Shown: in pieces, positions 1 through 10,486 of the stretch
Position numbering within the stretch: position 1 is the first letter of the stretch
Layout of the letters: each line of letters starts with the position of its first letter
Virus record (IMG/VR): IMGVR_UViG_3300021087_000002
Direction: 5' to 3' (one strand)
DNA length: 64,000 nt
Origin: an uncultured virus (IMG/VR IMGVR_UViG_3300021087_000002)
Taxonomy: Duplodnaviria; Heunggongvirae; Uroviricota; Caudoviricetes
Translations under genes and position numbers: made by a program
The notes under the pieces: model-generated
The model's input: only the letters and a program-made list of their open reading frames with translations
Told to the model about the DNA's origin: nothing
Database searches by the model: none

Positions 1-42
1 GACTTAGACGCTATGACTATTCCACAATTTTAAGGAAACCCT

Positions 43-534
43 ATGGCAACTTTAACTAAGAACGAGAACTTCCTGCAGCCCACAGGATACAAAGTAAGTA
101 TTAATAGGAAGAATTATCCTAACCTTGAGTTCTTTGTGCAAGCAATTGTACACCCATCAGTATCTGTAGCGCAGACTGAGGTGCAATATTCTCGTGTTGC
201 AGTGCATACACCTGGGGATAAGATCCTATACGATGAGTTGTCTTTAGAGTTACTATTAGACGAAAACTTGACTGGATATAAAGAAATGTACAGTTGGTTA
301 GAACGTTTGGTTCTGCAATCTGAACAGAAAGCAACTGACAGCAATACAGTAGCTACAACTGCGGATATTACATTGTCAATATTGTCTAGTCACAATAACA
401 CAACTAACAAGTTTATCTATAGAGACTGCATTCCTACTTTGATTGGTGCAGTTAACTTAACAGCTAATGCGAGTGATGTGCAGTACATAACAGTACCTAT
501 CTCATTCAGTTTTACCTACTTTGACATCGTATAG
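43..534 (+). CDS. gp3: Tail tube terminator / tail completion protein (T4 gp3-like)
   Basis: NFLQPTGYK N-terminus, gp19/gp3-type composition; position before uvsY-uvsW as in marine T4-like phages. Confidence 0.8.
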   Translation: MATLTKNENFLQPTGYKVSINRKNYPNLEFFVQAIVHPSVSVAQTEVQYSRVAVHTPGDKILYDELSLELLLDENLTGYKEMYSWLERLVLQSEQKATDSNTVATTADITLSILSSHNNTTNKFIYRDCIPTLIGAVNLTANASDVQYITVPISFSFTYFDIV

Positions 535-561
535 ATAAGGTATATAAAATGATTATGGAGT

Positions 562-1011
562 TTGATAATGAACCTAGAAACCGTTCTGGAAATGTGGAAA
601 ACCGATAGTGCTATTGAACAGTTTAACTTAGATGAGACTAGTAGAAATACACCAGTACTACACGCAAAGTATCTAGAACTTCTATCGATTGCAAAGTTGC
701 AGTTGAAGAAGGCAGAACTTTCACAAAAATCCTTACTTAAAAAGAAATGGCTATACTATAATGGTAAGCTAACCCAAGATCAGATTGAAGATCTAGGTTG
801 GGAATTCGATCCTTTCAATGGCTTAAAAGTCCTTAAGGGTGAGATGGATTACTATTATGATGCAGATACAGACATCCAAAAAACTGTAGAACTAATCACT
901 CTACGAAAGACTAATGTTGAGGCGTTGACAGAGATTGTTACTAATCTTAATTGGAGACACCAAACAATCGGAAATATGATCAGGTGGAGGCAATTCGAGG
1001 CCGGTGGATAA
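562..1011 (+). CDS. uvsY: Recombination mediator UvsY (start may be 568)
   Basis: W..DS.I, LHAKYL, KWLYYNGK, IRWRQFEAG motifs; synteny. Confidence 0.9.
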   Translation: MIMNLETVLEMWKTDSAIEQFNLDETSRNTPVLHAKYLELLSIAKLQLKKAELSQKSLLKKKWLYYNGKLTQDQIEDLGWEFDPFNGLKVLKGEMDYYYDADTDIQKTVELITLRKTNVEALTEIVTNLNWRHQTIGNMIRWRQFEAGG

Positions 1012-2518
1012 ACTAGTAATAACGCAGAAGAATCAATCTGTATGTCTTGTACATACTATACCAGGAATAGCAAATGAGTTAGTTGACTTTTTCTCATTCT
1101 ATGTTCCGGGATATAAGTTCGTACCTTCTTATAGAAATAAGATGTGGGATGGTAAGATCCGTCTCTTTAATGCACAATCGTGTGAATTGCCTATTGGTCT
1201 TTTCTCATACGTACAGGAGTTTGCCAAAGCACGTGGATATGTGATTGAGGTAGAACATGATGCATACTATGGCAGACCAGACAGTACAAATGATATAGCC
1301 TTCGATGACTTAATTGACTTTGTGAAAGAGTTAACTTTGTCAAGTAGAGGTTCTCAGATTGCTCCAAGAGAGTATCAACTAGAGGCAATGGTTGAAGCAG
1401 TGCATCGCAAAAGAGCTATCCTACTATCACCGACAGGTTCTGGTAAGTCATTAATCATCTATATGCTGATGCGTTGGATGTTAGCTAATAGCACTAAAAA
1501 GGTGCTAATCATTGTCCCAACAACATCTTTAGTTCAACAGATGTATGCAGACTTCGAAGACTATTCTACATACGATGAGAGTTGGGATGTGGAGAATATG
1601 TGTCATAGGATCTACCAAGGGAAGCCTAAGATGAACATGAGCCAACGTGTCTTTATATCTACATGGCAGTCAATCTATAAACTACCAGGAGTTTGGTTTG
1701 AGCAGTTTGGTACAGTATTTGGTGATGAGGTTCATAACTTTAAGTCTAAATCATTAACAGGTATCATGAATAAGAGTAGAGAGGCTGAATATAGATTTGG
1801 TACGACTGGTACGTTAGATGGAACTAAGACACACAAACTTGTACTAGAGGGACTTTTTGGGCGTATATATAATGTTACAACCACCAAAAAGCTTCAAGAC
1901 GATAACACACTGGCACCACTAGACATTAAGGTTCTATTGCTAAAGTATCCAGAAGAAGTTAGAAAAGCTTGGGGGAAGAAAGAATACCATCAAGAGATAG
2001 ATTACATCGTTAAATGCGAAGCACGTAACAGATTGATTACAAACCTATCTTTAGACCAAAATGGTAACACACTAGTATTATTCCAATTTGTTGACAAGCA
2101 CGGTAAAGTGCTCTATGATCAAATTAAGAATAAAGCACATAGTAAGCGTAAAGTGTTCTTTGTATCAGGTGAGACAGATACTAACGACAGAGAGCAGATA
2201 CGTAAGATCGTTGAAACACAAAAGAATGCCATTATTGTTGCAAGTTTAGGAACCTTCTCTACTGGTATTAATATTAGAAACTTACATAACATAATCTTTG
2301 CATCACCATCTAAGAGTCAGATTAAAGTACAACAGTCTATAGGACGTGGATTAAGGAACTCTGATAACGGTGCGACTACAGTGTTATATGATATTGCAGA
2401 TGATTTGCATTGGAAGAGTAAAAAGAACTACACACTACTACACTCGGCAGAACGTATTAAGATATATGCTAGAGAGTCGTTTAATTATAAAATATATGAA
2501 GTGGAACTAAAGATATGA
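1004..2518 (+). CDS. uvsW: SF2 helicase UvsW
   Basis: WDGKIRLF, SPTGSGKS, DEVH, QSIGRGLR motifs. Confidence 0.95.
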   Translation: MDKLVITQKNQSVCLVHTIPGIANELVDFFSFYVPGYKFVPSYRNKMWDGKIRLFNAQSCELPIGLFSYVQEFAKARGYVIEVEHDAYYGRPDSTNDIAFDDLIDFVKELTLSSRGSQIAPREYQLEAMVEAVHRKRAILLSPTGSGKSLIIYMLMRWMLANSTKKVLIIVPTTSLVQQMYADFEDYSTYDESWDVENMCHRIYQGKPKMNMSQRVFISTWQSIYKLPGVWFEQFGTVFGDEVHNFKSKSLTGIMNKSREAEYRFGTTGTLDGTKTHKLVLEGLFGRIYNVTTTKKLQDDNTLAPLDIKVLLLKYPEEVRKAWGKKEYHQEIDYIVKCEARNRLITNLSLDQNGNTLVLFQFVDKHGKVLYDQIKNKAHSKRKVFFVSGETDTNDREQIRKIVETQKNAIIVASLGTFSTGINIRNLHNIIFASPSKSQIKVQQSIGRGLRNSDNGATTVLYDIADDLHWKSKKNYTLLHSAERIKIYARESFNYKIYEVELKI

Positions 2519-2934
2519 GTGAGATAAGACAGTTTAAGTTAGTAGATGGATCTGAAATTGTCTGTGAGGTTTTAGAATGGAATGATGATAATAGTGAAGA
2601 GATTGTAATTCGTAATGCTTTAATCATTCAATATATGATAAAAGATGACAATAGATTATGTTCTATGCGCCCATGGATGCTATTGCAAGTACAGCACAAT
2701 ATGGTTTCAGTACTGAATGCAGGACACGTAACAATTGATGCACACCCTGCATCAGAGACTATAGATAACTACACAGAAACAGTTAAGTTTCTACAAATAG
2801 ATCAAGAGGCATGGGATGAGTATGGGAAAGATCTGGTAGAAGAAGAAGCGGCTGAGAACATGAATGTAGTTACTGAAGAAGAGAAAGACAATATCATATC
2901 TTTCTTAAAGAATCGCAAGGACAAGTTGCACTAA
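2515..2934 (+). CDS. Conserved T4-like hypothetical protein (possible Sm-like N-terminus, acidic tail)
   Basis: FKLVDGSEIVCEV start; overlaps uvsW stop. Confidence 0.6.
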   Translation: MSEIRQFKLVDGSEIVCEVLEWNDDNSEEIVIRNALIIQYMIKDDNRLCSMRPWMLLQVQHNMVSVLNAGHVTIDAHPASETIDNYTETVKFLQIDQEAWDEYGKDLVEEEAAENMNVVTEEEKDNIISFLKNRKDKLH

Positions 2935-2965
2935 CCCTATCCCTACTTTCCGAAGATGGTCCTTT

Positions 2966-2994
2966 ATTATACCATCGAAACACAAATCTGTCAA
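2966..2994 (-). promoter_or_regulatory. Antisense sigma70 promoter TTGACA-17-TATAAT with extended -10
   Basis: + strand reads attata(2966-2971)-17 nt-tgtcaa(2989-2994), a perfect consensus on the - strand. Confidence 0.75.
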
Positions 2995-3029
2995 CCCCCC
3001 AAATTACAAAAACTTCAACTATTTTATGA

Positions 3030-3058
3030 TTGACAACCTATCCAATAATTGGTATAAT
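3030..3058 (+). promoter_or_regulatory. sigma70 promoter of gp55
   Basis: TTGACA-17-TATAAT, then SD aggag. Confidence 0.85.
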
Positions 3059-3082
3059 AGGTCTACTGAAAAGGAGTAATAG

Positions 3083-3688
3083 ATGGCACGAACTAAACGA
3101 GCCAGTATTCATTATGTAAACAATGCAGAGTTTTCATCCGCAGTTGTTGATTATGTGAAAACTGTCATGGAAGCAAAGACAAGTGAGAGTGTGTTACCTA
3201 TCGTACCAGACTACATCGCTGAATGCTTTTTAAAGATTGCAGAGGGTCTATCCCACAAATCTAACTTCATTCGCTATACCTATCGTGAAGAGATGGTTAT
3301 GGATGCTGTTGAGAATTGTCTACGTGCAATTGAAAACTACAATATAGAAGCCGCTACACGTACAGGTAAACCTAATGCATTTGCATACTTTACGCAGATC
3401 AGTTGGTATGCCTTTCTTCGGCGTATTGCAAAGGAAAAGAAACAACAAGATATTAAGTATAAGTATATGACATCTTCTGGTGTTGAAGCGTTTATGAGCA
3501 TCGATATGTCCGAAGAGTTTAGCAAATTGGTTGGAACCAACTATGTTGACATTTTAAAAGATCGTATTGAAAAGGTTAAAGAAGCAGATGCGGTAGTTAA
3601 AGATCTTGTCAAATCAGAGAAGAAGCGTAAGAAACGAGAAGTCAAAGTTGATTCCGATCTTAGTGAGTTCCTAAGTGATAAGGACTAA
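3083..3688 (+). CDS. gp55: Late-transcription sigma factor gp55
   Basis: HYVNN.EF, NFIRYTYREEMVMDAVENC, NAFAYFTQI motifs. Confidence 0.95.
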   Translation: MARTKRASIHYVNNAEFSSAVVDYVKTVMEAKTSESVLPIVPDYIAECFLKIAEGLSHKSNFIRYTYREEMVMDAVENCLRAIENYNIEAATRTGKPNAFAYFTQISWYAFLRRIAKEKKQQDIKYKYMTSSGVEAFMSIDMSEEFSKLVGTNYVDILKDRIEKVKEADAVVKDLVKSEKKRKKREVKVDSDLSEFLSDKD

Positions 3689-3690
3689 TA

Positions 3691-4752
3691 ATGAAGATAG
3701 CGATTCTAAATGACACTCATTGTGGTGTGCGCAATAGTAATGACATATTTCTCAATAATGCTGAGAAGTTCTTTACTGATGTATTCTTTCCTCATCTTTT
3801 GGCACATGGTATTAAGCATATCGTGCATCTTGGTGATTACTTCGATAACAGGAAGTTTATTAATTTCAGTGCTCTTAACCGTAATCGTCAATACTTTCTT
3901 GCTAAACTAAGGGAGTATGGCATTACCATGGATATCATCTGTGGTAACCATGACACATTCTTTAAGAATACTAATGAACTGAATAGCTTGAAAGAGCTAC
4001 TTGGTCACTATATGAATGAGATCCACATTGTACATAAACCTACAGTGATGGACTATGATGGTATGAAGATGGCACTGTTGCCTTGGATTTGTGATGAGAA
4101 TGAAGCGGAAAGTCTAGACTTTATTGCAAACTGTAAAGCTGATATACTTGGCGGTCACTTAGAGCTACAAGGTTTTGATATGATGAAGGGTGTAGTAAAC
4201 CCTAAAGGTATGGATCCTGCTCTATTCTCAAGGTTTGAGATGGTTATGTCTGGACACTTCCACACAAAATCGAATCAGGAGAACATTCATTACCTTGGAT
4301 CACAGTTAGAATTCACATGGTCTGATGCTCATGACAATAAGTATTTCCATACATTAGACACTGAGACACGTGAGATTACAGAGATACGCAATCCCCATAC
4401 GCTGTTTCATCGCATATACTATGACGATACCAAGGAAAACTTCGATGACTTTGATCTATCACAGGTAGACAATAAGTTTGTAAAGATTGTTGTAATAAAC
4501 AAACTTGACCTCTTTACATTTGATCGATTTGTTGATAGAATACAAAATAGACCGATTCATGAACTGAAGATTGCTGAGAACTTTGTTGAGTTTCTTGGTG
4601 ATGAAGTTTCAGACGAAGGCATATCAGTGGAAGAGACTTCTGTGTTGCTAGAGACGTATATCGAAAATGTTGAGACAGATCTTGACAAAGATAGACTAAA
4701 GATGGGCATGAGGGATCTATTTACTGAGGCTCAAGCATTGGAAATTGTATGA
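3691..4752 (+). CDS. gp47: Recombination nuclease gp47 (Mre11/SbcD-like)
   Basis: DTH, GD.FD, GNHD, SGHFH metallophosphoesterase motifs. Confidence 0.95.
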   Translation: MKIAILNDTHCGVRNSNDIFLNNAEKFFTDVFFPHLLAHGIKHIVHLGDYFDNRKFINFSALNRNRQYFLAKLREYGITMDIICGNHDTFFKNTNELNSLKELLGHYMNEIHIVHKPTVMDYDGMKMALLPWICDENEAESLDFIANCKADILGGHLELQGFDMMKGVVNPKGMDPALFSRFEMVMSGHFHTKSNQENIHYLGSQLEFTWSDAHDNKYFHTLDTETREITEIRNPHTLFHRIYYDDTKENFDDFDLSQVDNKFVKIVVINKLDLFTFDRFVDRIQNRPIHELKIAENFVEFLGDEVSDEGISVEETSVLLETYIENVETDLDKDRLKMGMRDLFTEAQALEIV

Positions 4753-4976
4753 CAACTATTATACACATTAACAGAAACATTATTCAACGTAACGCTAAAC
4801 GTGACGAGAAGAAACCTGTTGTAAGAGTAGAACAGGGTCGTAACATTACATATTGTATGGAAGTTGACATTAAAGGTACATCTAAGATGGTTTATCGTCC
4901 AGATGCACCTAGACCTTGTGGTGCTAAACTATGGATTGAAACCGAAGCAGAAGTTGAGATGATAGGCGTAGCATGA
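4749..4976 (+). CDS. Hypothetical protein between gp47 and gp46
   Basis: ATGA overlaps with both neighbours. Confidence 0.7.
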   Translation: MTTIIHINRNIIQRNAKRDEKKPVVRVEQGRNITYCMEVDIKGTSKMVYRPDAPRPCGAKLWIETEAEVEMIGVA

Positions 4977-6688
4977 TCATATTTAAAACACTTAAGTATA
5001 AGAACCTATTATCTTCTGGTAACAACTGGACTACTGTTGACTTTGTTAAGACTAAATCTACTCTAGTTCTTGGTCACAATGGTGCAGGTAAGTCTACAAT
5101 GCTAGACGGTATCTCTTTTGCTTTGTTTGGTAAACCACATCGTAATATCTCTAAAGGACAACTAGTAAACTCAATCAACAAGAAAGACTGTATGGTTGAG
5201 GTAGAGTTCTCTATTGGTAAAGTTGAGTGGAAAGTTATTCGTGGTGCTAAACCTAATGTGTTTGAGATCTACAAGGATGGGCATATGCTCAACCAAGCAT
5301 CCCATTCACGTGAGTACCAAAAGATACTTGAACAGAACATTCTTAAACTTAATCACAAATCGTTCCATCAGATTGTAGTACTTGGTTCATCATCTTTTGT
5401 ACCATTCATGCAATTGTCTTCACCACATCGCCGTGAAGTAATTGAAGATCTTTTGGATATTGGTGTATTCTCTAAGATGAATGGTCTGATTAAAGAAAAG
5501 AATGCATTGCTCAAAGATAACATCCGTGAGACTACATTTGAGATTGATCTATTTCAAGAGAAGATTGATTTACAGAAGAAGTATATACGAGAAGTTGAAA
5601 ACCTTAGTGGTGAACAGATTACTCAGAATGAAGAACAGATTGATATGTCTCGTGAGAGTATTATGATGCTACAGGAAGAGAATGAAAAACTTGGTAAAGA
5701 TATAGAAGCTTTATCTGATGGCCTACATGACAATCTAGGAACTGCTAACGACACCAAAACAAAACTGTTACATTTCCAAGCAACTATTTCACAGAAGATT
5801 AAGACAGTATGTGATGAGGCAAAGTTCTTTGATAATAACGATAACTGCCCTACATGCGAACAGGATATTGATGCGGATCTTAAAGGTGATAAACTTAAGA
5901 AAGCTAAAGCACGTGCAATTGAACTTAAAGAGGGCTTGAATAAGGCTAACGATGAGGCACGTATCATTGAAGAGAAGCTTAAAGATCTGAATGAAAAGGT
6001 TCAGACAATTGCTTTGAAAACAAATGAGAGTAATTCAAACAATCGTGAGATCTCTAGATTACAGTCGCATATCGGAGATCTTATAGCTAACATGGAAGTT
6101 ATTCGTGGTAAGGATGGAGACATCTCTAAAGAACGTGATGTACTACAAACACTACATGATGATCGTGAGAGTGCATTTGAGACACGTATGGTGGATAATG
6201 AATCGTTAGCATACAACATTGCTATGAGTGAGATGCTTAAAGATACTGGTATTAAAACTAAGATCATTAAACAATACTTACCTATCATCAATAACCTAGT
6301 TAATCAATATCTACAAACACTAGACTTCTTTGTACACTTTAACTTGGATGAGAACTTTCATGAGACTATTCGATCAAGACATCGTGATACATTCTCATAC
6401 GATTCGTTCTCTGAAGGTGAGAAGCAACGTATTGACCTAGCACTACTATTCACTTGGCGTATGATTGCTAAGATGAAGAATTCTGTGTCCACTAACCTAT
6501 TGGTTCTTGACGAAACATTTGATAGTTCGTTAGATCATGAGGGGGTTGACAATCTAATGAAGATCATATATAGTCTTGGAGACGAAACAAATGTATTCGT
6601 TATCTCACATAAAGGCGAGATCTTAGACGGAAAGTTCGAACGGAAGGTTACCTTCTTTAAGGACAAAAACTTCAGTAAGATGAAGTAA
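4973..6688 (+). CDS. gp46: Recombination ATPase gp46 (Rad50/SbcC-like)
   Basis: GHNGAGKST, CPTC zinc hook, FSEGEK signature, LVLDE. Confidence 0.95.
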   Translation: MIIFKTLKYKNLLSSGNNWTTVDFVKTKSTLVLGHNGAGKSTMLDGISFALFGKPHRNISKGQLVNSINKKDCMVEVEFSIGKVEWKVIRGAKPNVFEIYKDGHMLNQASHSREYQKILEQNILKLNHKSFHQIVVLGSSSFVPFMQLSSPHRREVIEDLLDIGVFSKMNGLIKEKNALLKDNIRETTFEIDLFQEKIDLQKKYIREVENLSGEQITQNEEQIDMSRESIMMLQEENEKLGKDIEALSDGLHDNLGTANDTKTKLLHFQATISQKIKTVCDEAKFFDNNDNCPTCEQDIDADLKGDKLKKAKARAIELKEGLNKANDEARIIEEKLKDLNEKVQTIALKTNESNSNNREISRLQSHIGDLIANMEVIRGKDGDISKERDVLQTLHDDRESAFETRMVDNESLAYNIAMSEMLKDTGIKTKIIKQYLPIINNLVNQYLQTLDFFVHFNLDENFHETIRSRHRDTFSYDSFSEGEKQRIDLALLFTWRMIAKMKNSVSTNLLVLDETFDSSLDHEGVDNLMKIIYSLGDETNVFVISHKGEILDGKFERKVTFFKDKNFSKMK

Positions 6689-6692
6689 ACAC

Positions 6693-6721
6693 TTGACATA
6701 TAGCTCTACTTGGGCTATACT
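6693..6721 (+). promoter_or_regulatory. sigma70 promoter of gp45
   Basis: TTGACA-17-TATACT. Confidence 0.8.
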
Positions 6722-6750
6722 TATTACATTATAACTATGGAGTCCATACT

Positions 6751-7428
6751 ATGGAACTATCTGAAACTACTTTATCTATCTTAAAGAACTATGCAGGAAT
6801 CAATTCCAACATGGTGATTGAGCAAGGTAATACAATCCGAACAATTTCGGAAGCAACTAACATCTTGTCTTCTGCACAAATCGTTGAAGACTTCCCCACT
6901 ACATTTGGGATCTATGACTTAAACTCATTTCTTGGGGTGCTATCTCTAGTCGATACACCTAACCTAGATTTCTCTGATGACTATCTTACAGTCAGTGATT
7001 CGTCTGGTAGGAGTAAGATCAAGTACTTCTACTCAGATCCTGAGATGTTGACTAAACCACGTAGGAACGTGAATATGCCAAGGGGTGATGTAAACTTTAC
7101 ATTAGATGCAGATACATTAGGTCGCATTAAACGTGCCGCATCTGCATTAGGTCATACTGAACTATCAATCACTGGTTCTAATGGTGTTCTTACACTGTCT
7201 GTAGTAGATGGTAAAAATGCTACTTCCAATGCATATTCTATTGACATAGTTGGTGATTTTGACCCTAGTGCTACATTTAACTTCATTGTTACTATTGCTA
7301 ACCTACGGATAATCCCAGGAGACTATGAAGTATCCATTTCAACAAGAAACATATCGCACTTCAATAATAAAGAGCTTGGTCTCTCTTATTGGATTGCATT
7401 TGAAAAAACATCAACATACGGAGTTTAA
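6751..7428 (+). CDS. gp45: Sliding clamp gp45
   Basis: MELSETTLSILKNYAGIN, FGIYDLNSFL, YWIAFE. Confidence 0.95.
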   Translation: MELSETTLSILKNYAGINSNMVIEQGNTIRTISEATNILSSAQIVEDFPTTFGIYDLNSFLGVLSLVDTPNLDFSDDYLTVSDSSGRSKIKYFYSDPEMLTKPRRNVNMPRGDVNFTLDADTLGRIKRAASALGHTELSITGSNGVLTLSVVDGKNATSNAYSIDIVGDFDPSATFNFIVTIANLRIIPGDYEVSISTRNISHFNNKELGLSYWIAFEKTSTYGV

Positions 7429-7649
7429 TGATGAGTAAAAATACCCCAACCCCAACACCCAATGAACATGCACAAGCTTATCAATTGATGGCTCAAATTG
7501 GTCGAAGTACCGTTGCTGTTATTGATGCTATTGTTCAACGTGGCGGTTTCCGTGGAGAAGAGCTATCAACGATTGGAACACTACGTGATCAATCTATTCA
7601 AGCTATTTCTATGTCTGAAGCATTTGAAGCAAAGGAAGGCACTTCGTAA
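7428..7649 (+). CDS. Hypothetical protein
   Basis: Coupled ORF; IDAIVQRGGFRGEEL motif. Confidence 0.65.
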   Translation: MMSKNTPTPTPNEHAQAYQLMAQIGRSTVAVIDAIVQRGGFRGEELSTIGTLRDQSIQAISMSEAFEAKEGTS

Positions 7650-7656
7650 ACTGATG

Positions 7657-7685
7657 TTTACAACCACTCCAAACTATTATATAAT
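7657..7685 (+). promoter_or_regulatory. sigma70-type promoter of gp44
   Basis: TTTACA-17-TATAAT. Confidence 0.7.
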
Positions 7686-7710
7686 GAAATCTTGATCATG
7701 GAGACTGTGA

Positions 7711-8649
7711 ATGTCAAAAGACTTTTTATGGGTAGAGAAGTATCGCCCAAAGACTATAGAAGATACTATCCTACCAAAAGACCTAAAGAATACCTTCAAA
7801 GGTATTGTTGAAAGCGGTGAAGTTCCTAATATGCTCTTCACTGGTACAGCAGGTCTAGGTAAGACAACTGTAGCTAAAGCACTATGTAATGAACTAGACT
7901 TAGATTACATTTTAGTTAATGGATCTGAAGAAGGTAACATTGAAACCTTGCGTGGTAAGATTAAGCAATTTGCTTCGTCTGTATCATTGCAAGGTGGCTA
8001 CAAAGTTGTTATTCTAGATGAGGCTGACTATTTAAACCCACAATCTACGCAACCAGCATTGCGTGGTTTTATAGAAGAGTTCTCGAATAATTGTCGGTTC
8101 ATTCTGACGTGTAACTTCAAGAACCGTATCATCGAACCCCTACACTCACGTTGTGGTGTGTATGAATTTAATACAACTAAGAAACAAATGGCAGGGTTGG
8201 CAGAAGGTTTCCTAAAGCGTCTTTGTAGCATATTGAAGACCGAAGGTGTAACATATGAAACAAAAGAAGCGGCAGAGATTATACTTAAACACGCTCCCGA
8301 TTGGCGGCGTATACTCAACGAAGCCCAAAGATCTGGAACAAGCGGGCACTTGGTTGTTGGCACTCGCATGGTGGGTACTAGTAATCAGTATAACGATCTC
8401 TTAGATCATCTGAAGACTAAGAACTTTAAGAAGATGCGTACATGGGTAGTTAACAATATTGATGTTGATGCTTCAGCTATCTTTCGTGGTATTTACGACT
8501 CTATGTCAGAGAAGGTAGCACCACAATCAATCCCTCAATTAGTATTGATCCTAGCTGATTATCAATACAAGAATGCCTTTGTCGCAGATCATGAACTAAA
8601 CGTTGTTGCATGTATGACTGAGATTATGGCTAACGTGGAGTTTACATAA
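7711..8649 (+). CDS. gp44: Clamp loader large subunit gp44
   Basis: LWVEKYRP, GTAGLGKTT, ILDEAD, SRC motifs. Confidence 0.95.
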   Translation: MSKDFLWVEKYRPKTIEDTILPKDLKNTFKGIVESGEVPNMLFTGTAGLGKTTVAKALCNELDLDYILVNGSEEGNIETLRGKIKQFASSVSLQGGYKVVILDEADYLNPQSTQPALRGFIEEFSNNCRFILTCNFKNRIIEPLHSRCGVYEFNTTKKQMAGLAEGFLKRLCSILKTEGVTYETKEAAEIILKHAPDWRRILNEAQRSGTSGHLVVGTRMVGTSNQYNDLLDHLKTKNFKKMRTWVVNNIDVDASAIFRGIYDSMSEKVAPQSIPQLVLILADYQYKNAFVADHELNVVACMTEIMANVEFT

Positions 8650-8903
8650 TGAAACTTGTACTATTTACCAAAGATCGTTGCGTGTATTGTCATATGCTTC
8701 AAGAGAAACTTGACACTTGGGGTGTGGATTATGAGATCTTAAACAATCATCCACTACCTAATGGTCACAAGACTTATCCACAGTTATATTATAAAGGTAA
8801 AGATGTTCAACAAGGACATTCTACAGACTTGACTGAATCTAAGTTAACTGATAGAATGGAACGGATAGAATGGCCTGGTATGGACGGTGGTATAGATGAG
8901 TAA
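8649..8903 (+). CDS. Glutaredoxin-like protein
   Basis: CVYC active site, TYPQL cis-Pro motif. Confidence 0.8.
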   Translation: MKLVLFTKDRCVYCHMLQEKLDTWGVDYEILNNHPLPNGHKTYPQLYYKGKDVQQGHSTDLTESKLTDRMERIEWPGMDGGIDE

Positions 8904-9291
8904 AGCTTTAAGTCCTTTTGATTTCACAACTGCTATAAATCATAGCAAAAAGAACATTATGATTGATGATATGACCGAGAAGTCATATTCTTCTTTTATG
9001 ATCAATAGATCATTAAGTTACTTTCCAGACACAGTTCGTGCGGCTAATGAAATGAACTTCTATCACCACCTAGACAGCAAACTACAATTTGATTTTCTTA
9101 TAAATATCATCAGGAAACGGAAACGTTTCTCTAAATGGACGAAACCGTCCACTGAAAGTGATATTGATGCTGTCAAGGAATATTATGGGTATAATAACGA
9201 ACTAGCCCGACAAGCTTTGACTCTATTGTCACCTGAGAAATTAACTATAATAAAGAATAAGGTGAATAAGGGTGGAAAACGAAGAAACTAA
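8896..9291 (+). CDS. gp62: Clamp loader small subunit gp62
   Basis: YSSFMINRSLS, KRKRFSKW, VKEYYGY. Confidence 0.92.
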   Translation: MSKALSPFDFTTAINHSKKNIMIDDMTEKSYSSFMINRSLSYFPDTVRAANEMNFYHHLDSKLQFDFLINIIRKRKRFSKWTKPSTESDIDAVKEYYGYNNELARQALTLLSPEKLTIIKNKVNKGGKRRN

Positions 9292-9688
9292 GATTGTGGA
9301 GTGGAACCCCAAGCATATGCTTGAAATCACTCTAAATGAACCAGATGACTTCCTTAAGATTAGGGAAACGTTGACTCGTATCGGTGTAGCTAGTAGGAAA
9401 GATAACAAACTATTTCAATCTTGTCATATTCTGCACAAACAGGGTAGATACTTTATCGTACACTTCAAGGAACTGTTCTTACTAGATGGTAAGAAGTCAA
9501 ACTTGGAAGAGAACGATCTGGCTAGACGTAATACAATTGCAACTCTAATGTCCGATTGGGGTTTGGTTACAATTGTATCTGGTCAGAATGTAGAACCACT
9601 GGCGGCATTAAGACAGATTAAAATCATTCCCTTCAAAGAGAAGGTGAAGTGGGAACTATGTCCCAAGTACAACATAGGCAATAAGTAA
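9272..9688 (+). CDS. regA: Translational repressor RegA
   Basis: DDFLKIRETLTRIG, QSCHILHKQGRYFIVHFKELF. Confidence 0.95.
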   Translation: MENEETKIVEWNPKHMLEITLNEPDDFLKIRETLTRIGVASRKDNKLFQSCHILHKQGRYFIVHFKELFLLDGKKSNLEENDLARRNTIATLMSDWGLVTIVSGQNVEPLAALRQIKIIPFKEKVKWELCPKYNIGNK

Positions 9689-9714
9689 AAATTAACAAAT
9701 GACTAAATAAGGGC

Positions 9715-9771
9715 GTAGTGCAGATGATCTGGCTACTAACCCCTTCTTGCTTTACAGGAGAAACTATTATG
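9715..9771 (+). promoter_or_regulatory. ROSE-like RNA thermometer in the hsp20 5' UTR
   Basis: UUCUUGCU (9744-9751) pairs with SD AGGAGAA (9756-9762) with bulged G; upstream hairpin 9715-9736. Confidence 0.65.
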
Positions 9772-10224
9772 ATAAGCAAAACTACAGCCACAGGGCTATT
9801 TCCATCCGCCGCATTCGTAGGCTTTGATCACCTTTTTAAAGAATTGGATCATGTTACCAAACATGCCCATGATCATTACCCACCTCACAATATCCTCAAG
9901 ACATCTGAGAGTGACTATCTTATTGAGTTAGCAGTCGCAGGTTTCAGTAAAGAGGGAATTGACATTGAGTTGCATGAACGGACATTAACTGTAACTGGAG
10001 AACACAAAACAAAAGGTCGTGAATACGTTCACCGTGGTATTTCCACTAAGAAGTTCAAACGCACCTTTAGGCTATCAGAACACGTGCAAGTGCACGGAGC
10101 CGATATTCAAGACGGTATTCTAGCAATTCAATTGAAGTTTATCATCCCAGAAGATCAGCGTCCTCGTAAAATCAATATTGGTTCAGAGGATAAACCTAAT
10201 GCAACACATACTAACAGCCCATAG
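9769..10224 (+). CDS. hsp20: Small heat shock protein Hsp20 (IbpA-like)
   Basis: YPPHNI, IELAVAGF, HRGIS...F.RTF.L, DGIL; SD before ATG 9769. Confidence 0.93.
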   Translation: MISKTTATGLFPSAAFVGFDHLFKELDHVTKHAHDHYPPHNILKTSESDYLIELAVAGFSKEGIDIELHERTLTVTGEHKTKGREYVHRGISTKKFKRTFRLSEHVQVHGADIQDGILAIQLKFIIPEDQRPRKINIGSEDKPNATHTNSP

Positions 10225-10486
10225 CTTTTCGATTCGGGCAATCGAAACAATTTTAGAAACTTTCAGATCTCTGAGAGCACATCATAAACATAAATCTCTA
10301 GTGCGTAAAACTATTAATGAGTTGAACAAACTAAGTAATGCAGACCTACAAGATATTGGTTTGTGTAGAGGTGATATTTACGGTATGGCTCATGGACACA
10401 TTGATCATTTAAAGAACCGTATCAACTTCAGTGACGAATTTGTCGAAGCAGTTGAAGTAAACGCAAACTTAAAAGGATCAGTATAA
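10199..10486 (+). CDS. DUF1127 (YjiS-like) small protein
   Basis: RKTINELNKLSNADLQDIGLCRGDI matches the DUF1127 pattern; SD gagga. Confidence 0.8.
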   Translation: MQHILTAHSFSIRAIETILETFRSLRAHHKHKSLVRKTINELNKLSNADLQDIGLCRGDIYGMAHGHIDHLKNRINFSDEFVEAVEVNANLKGSV

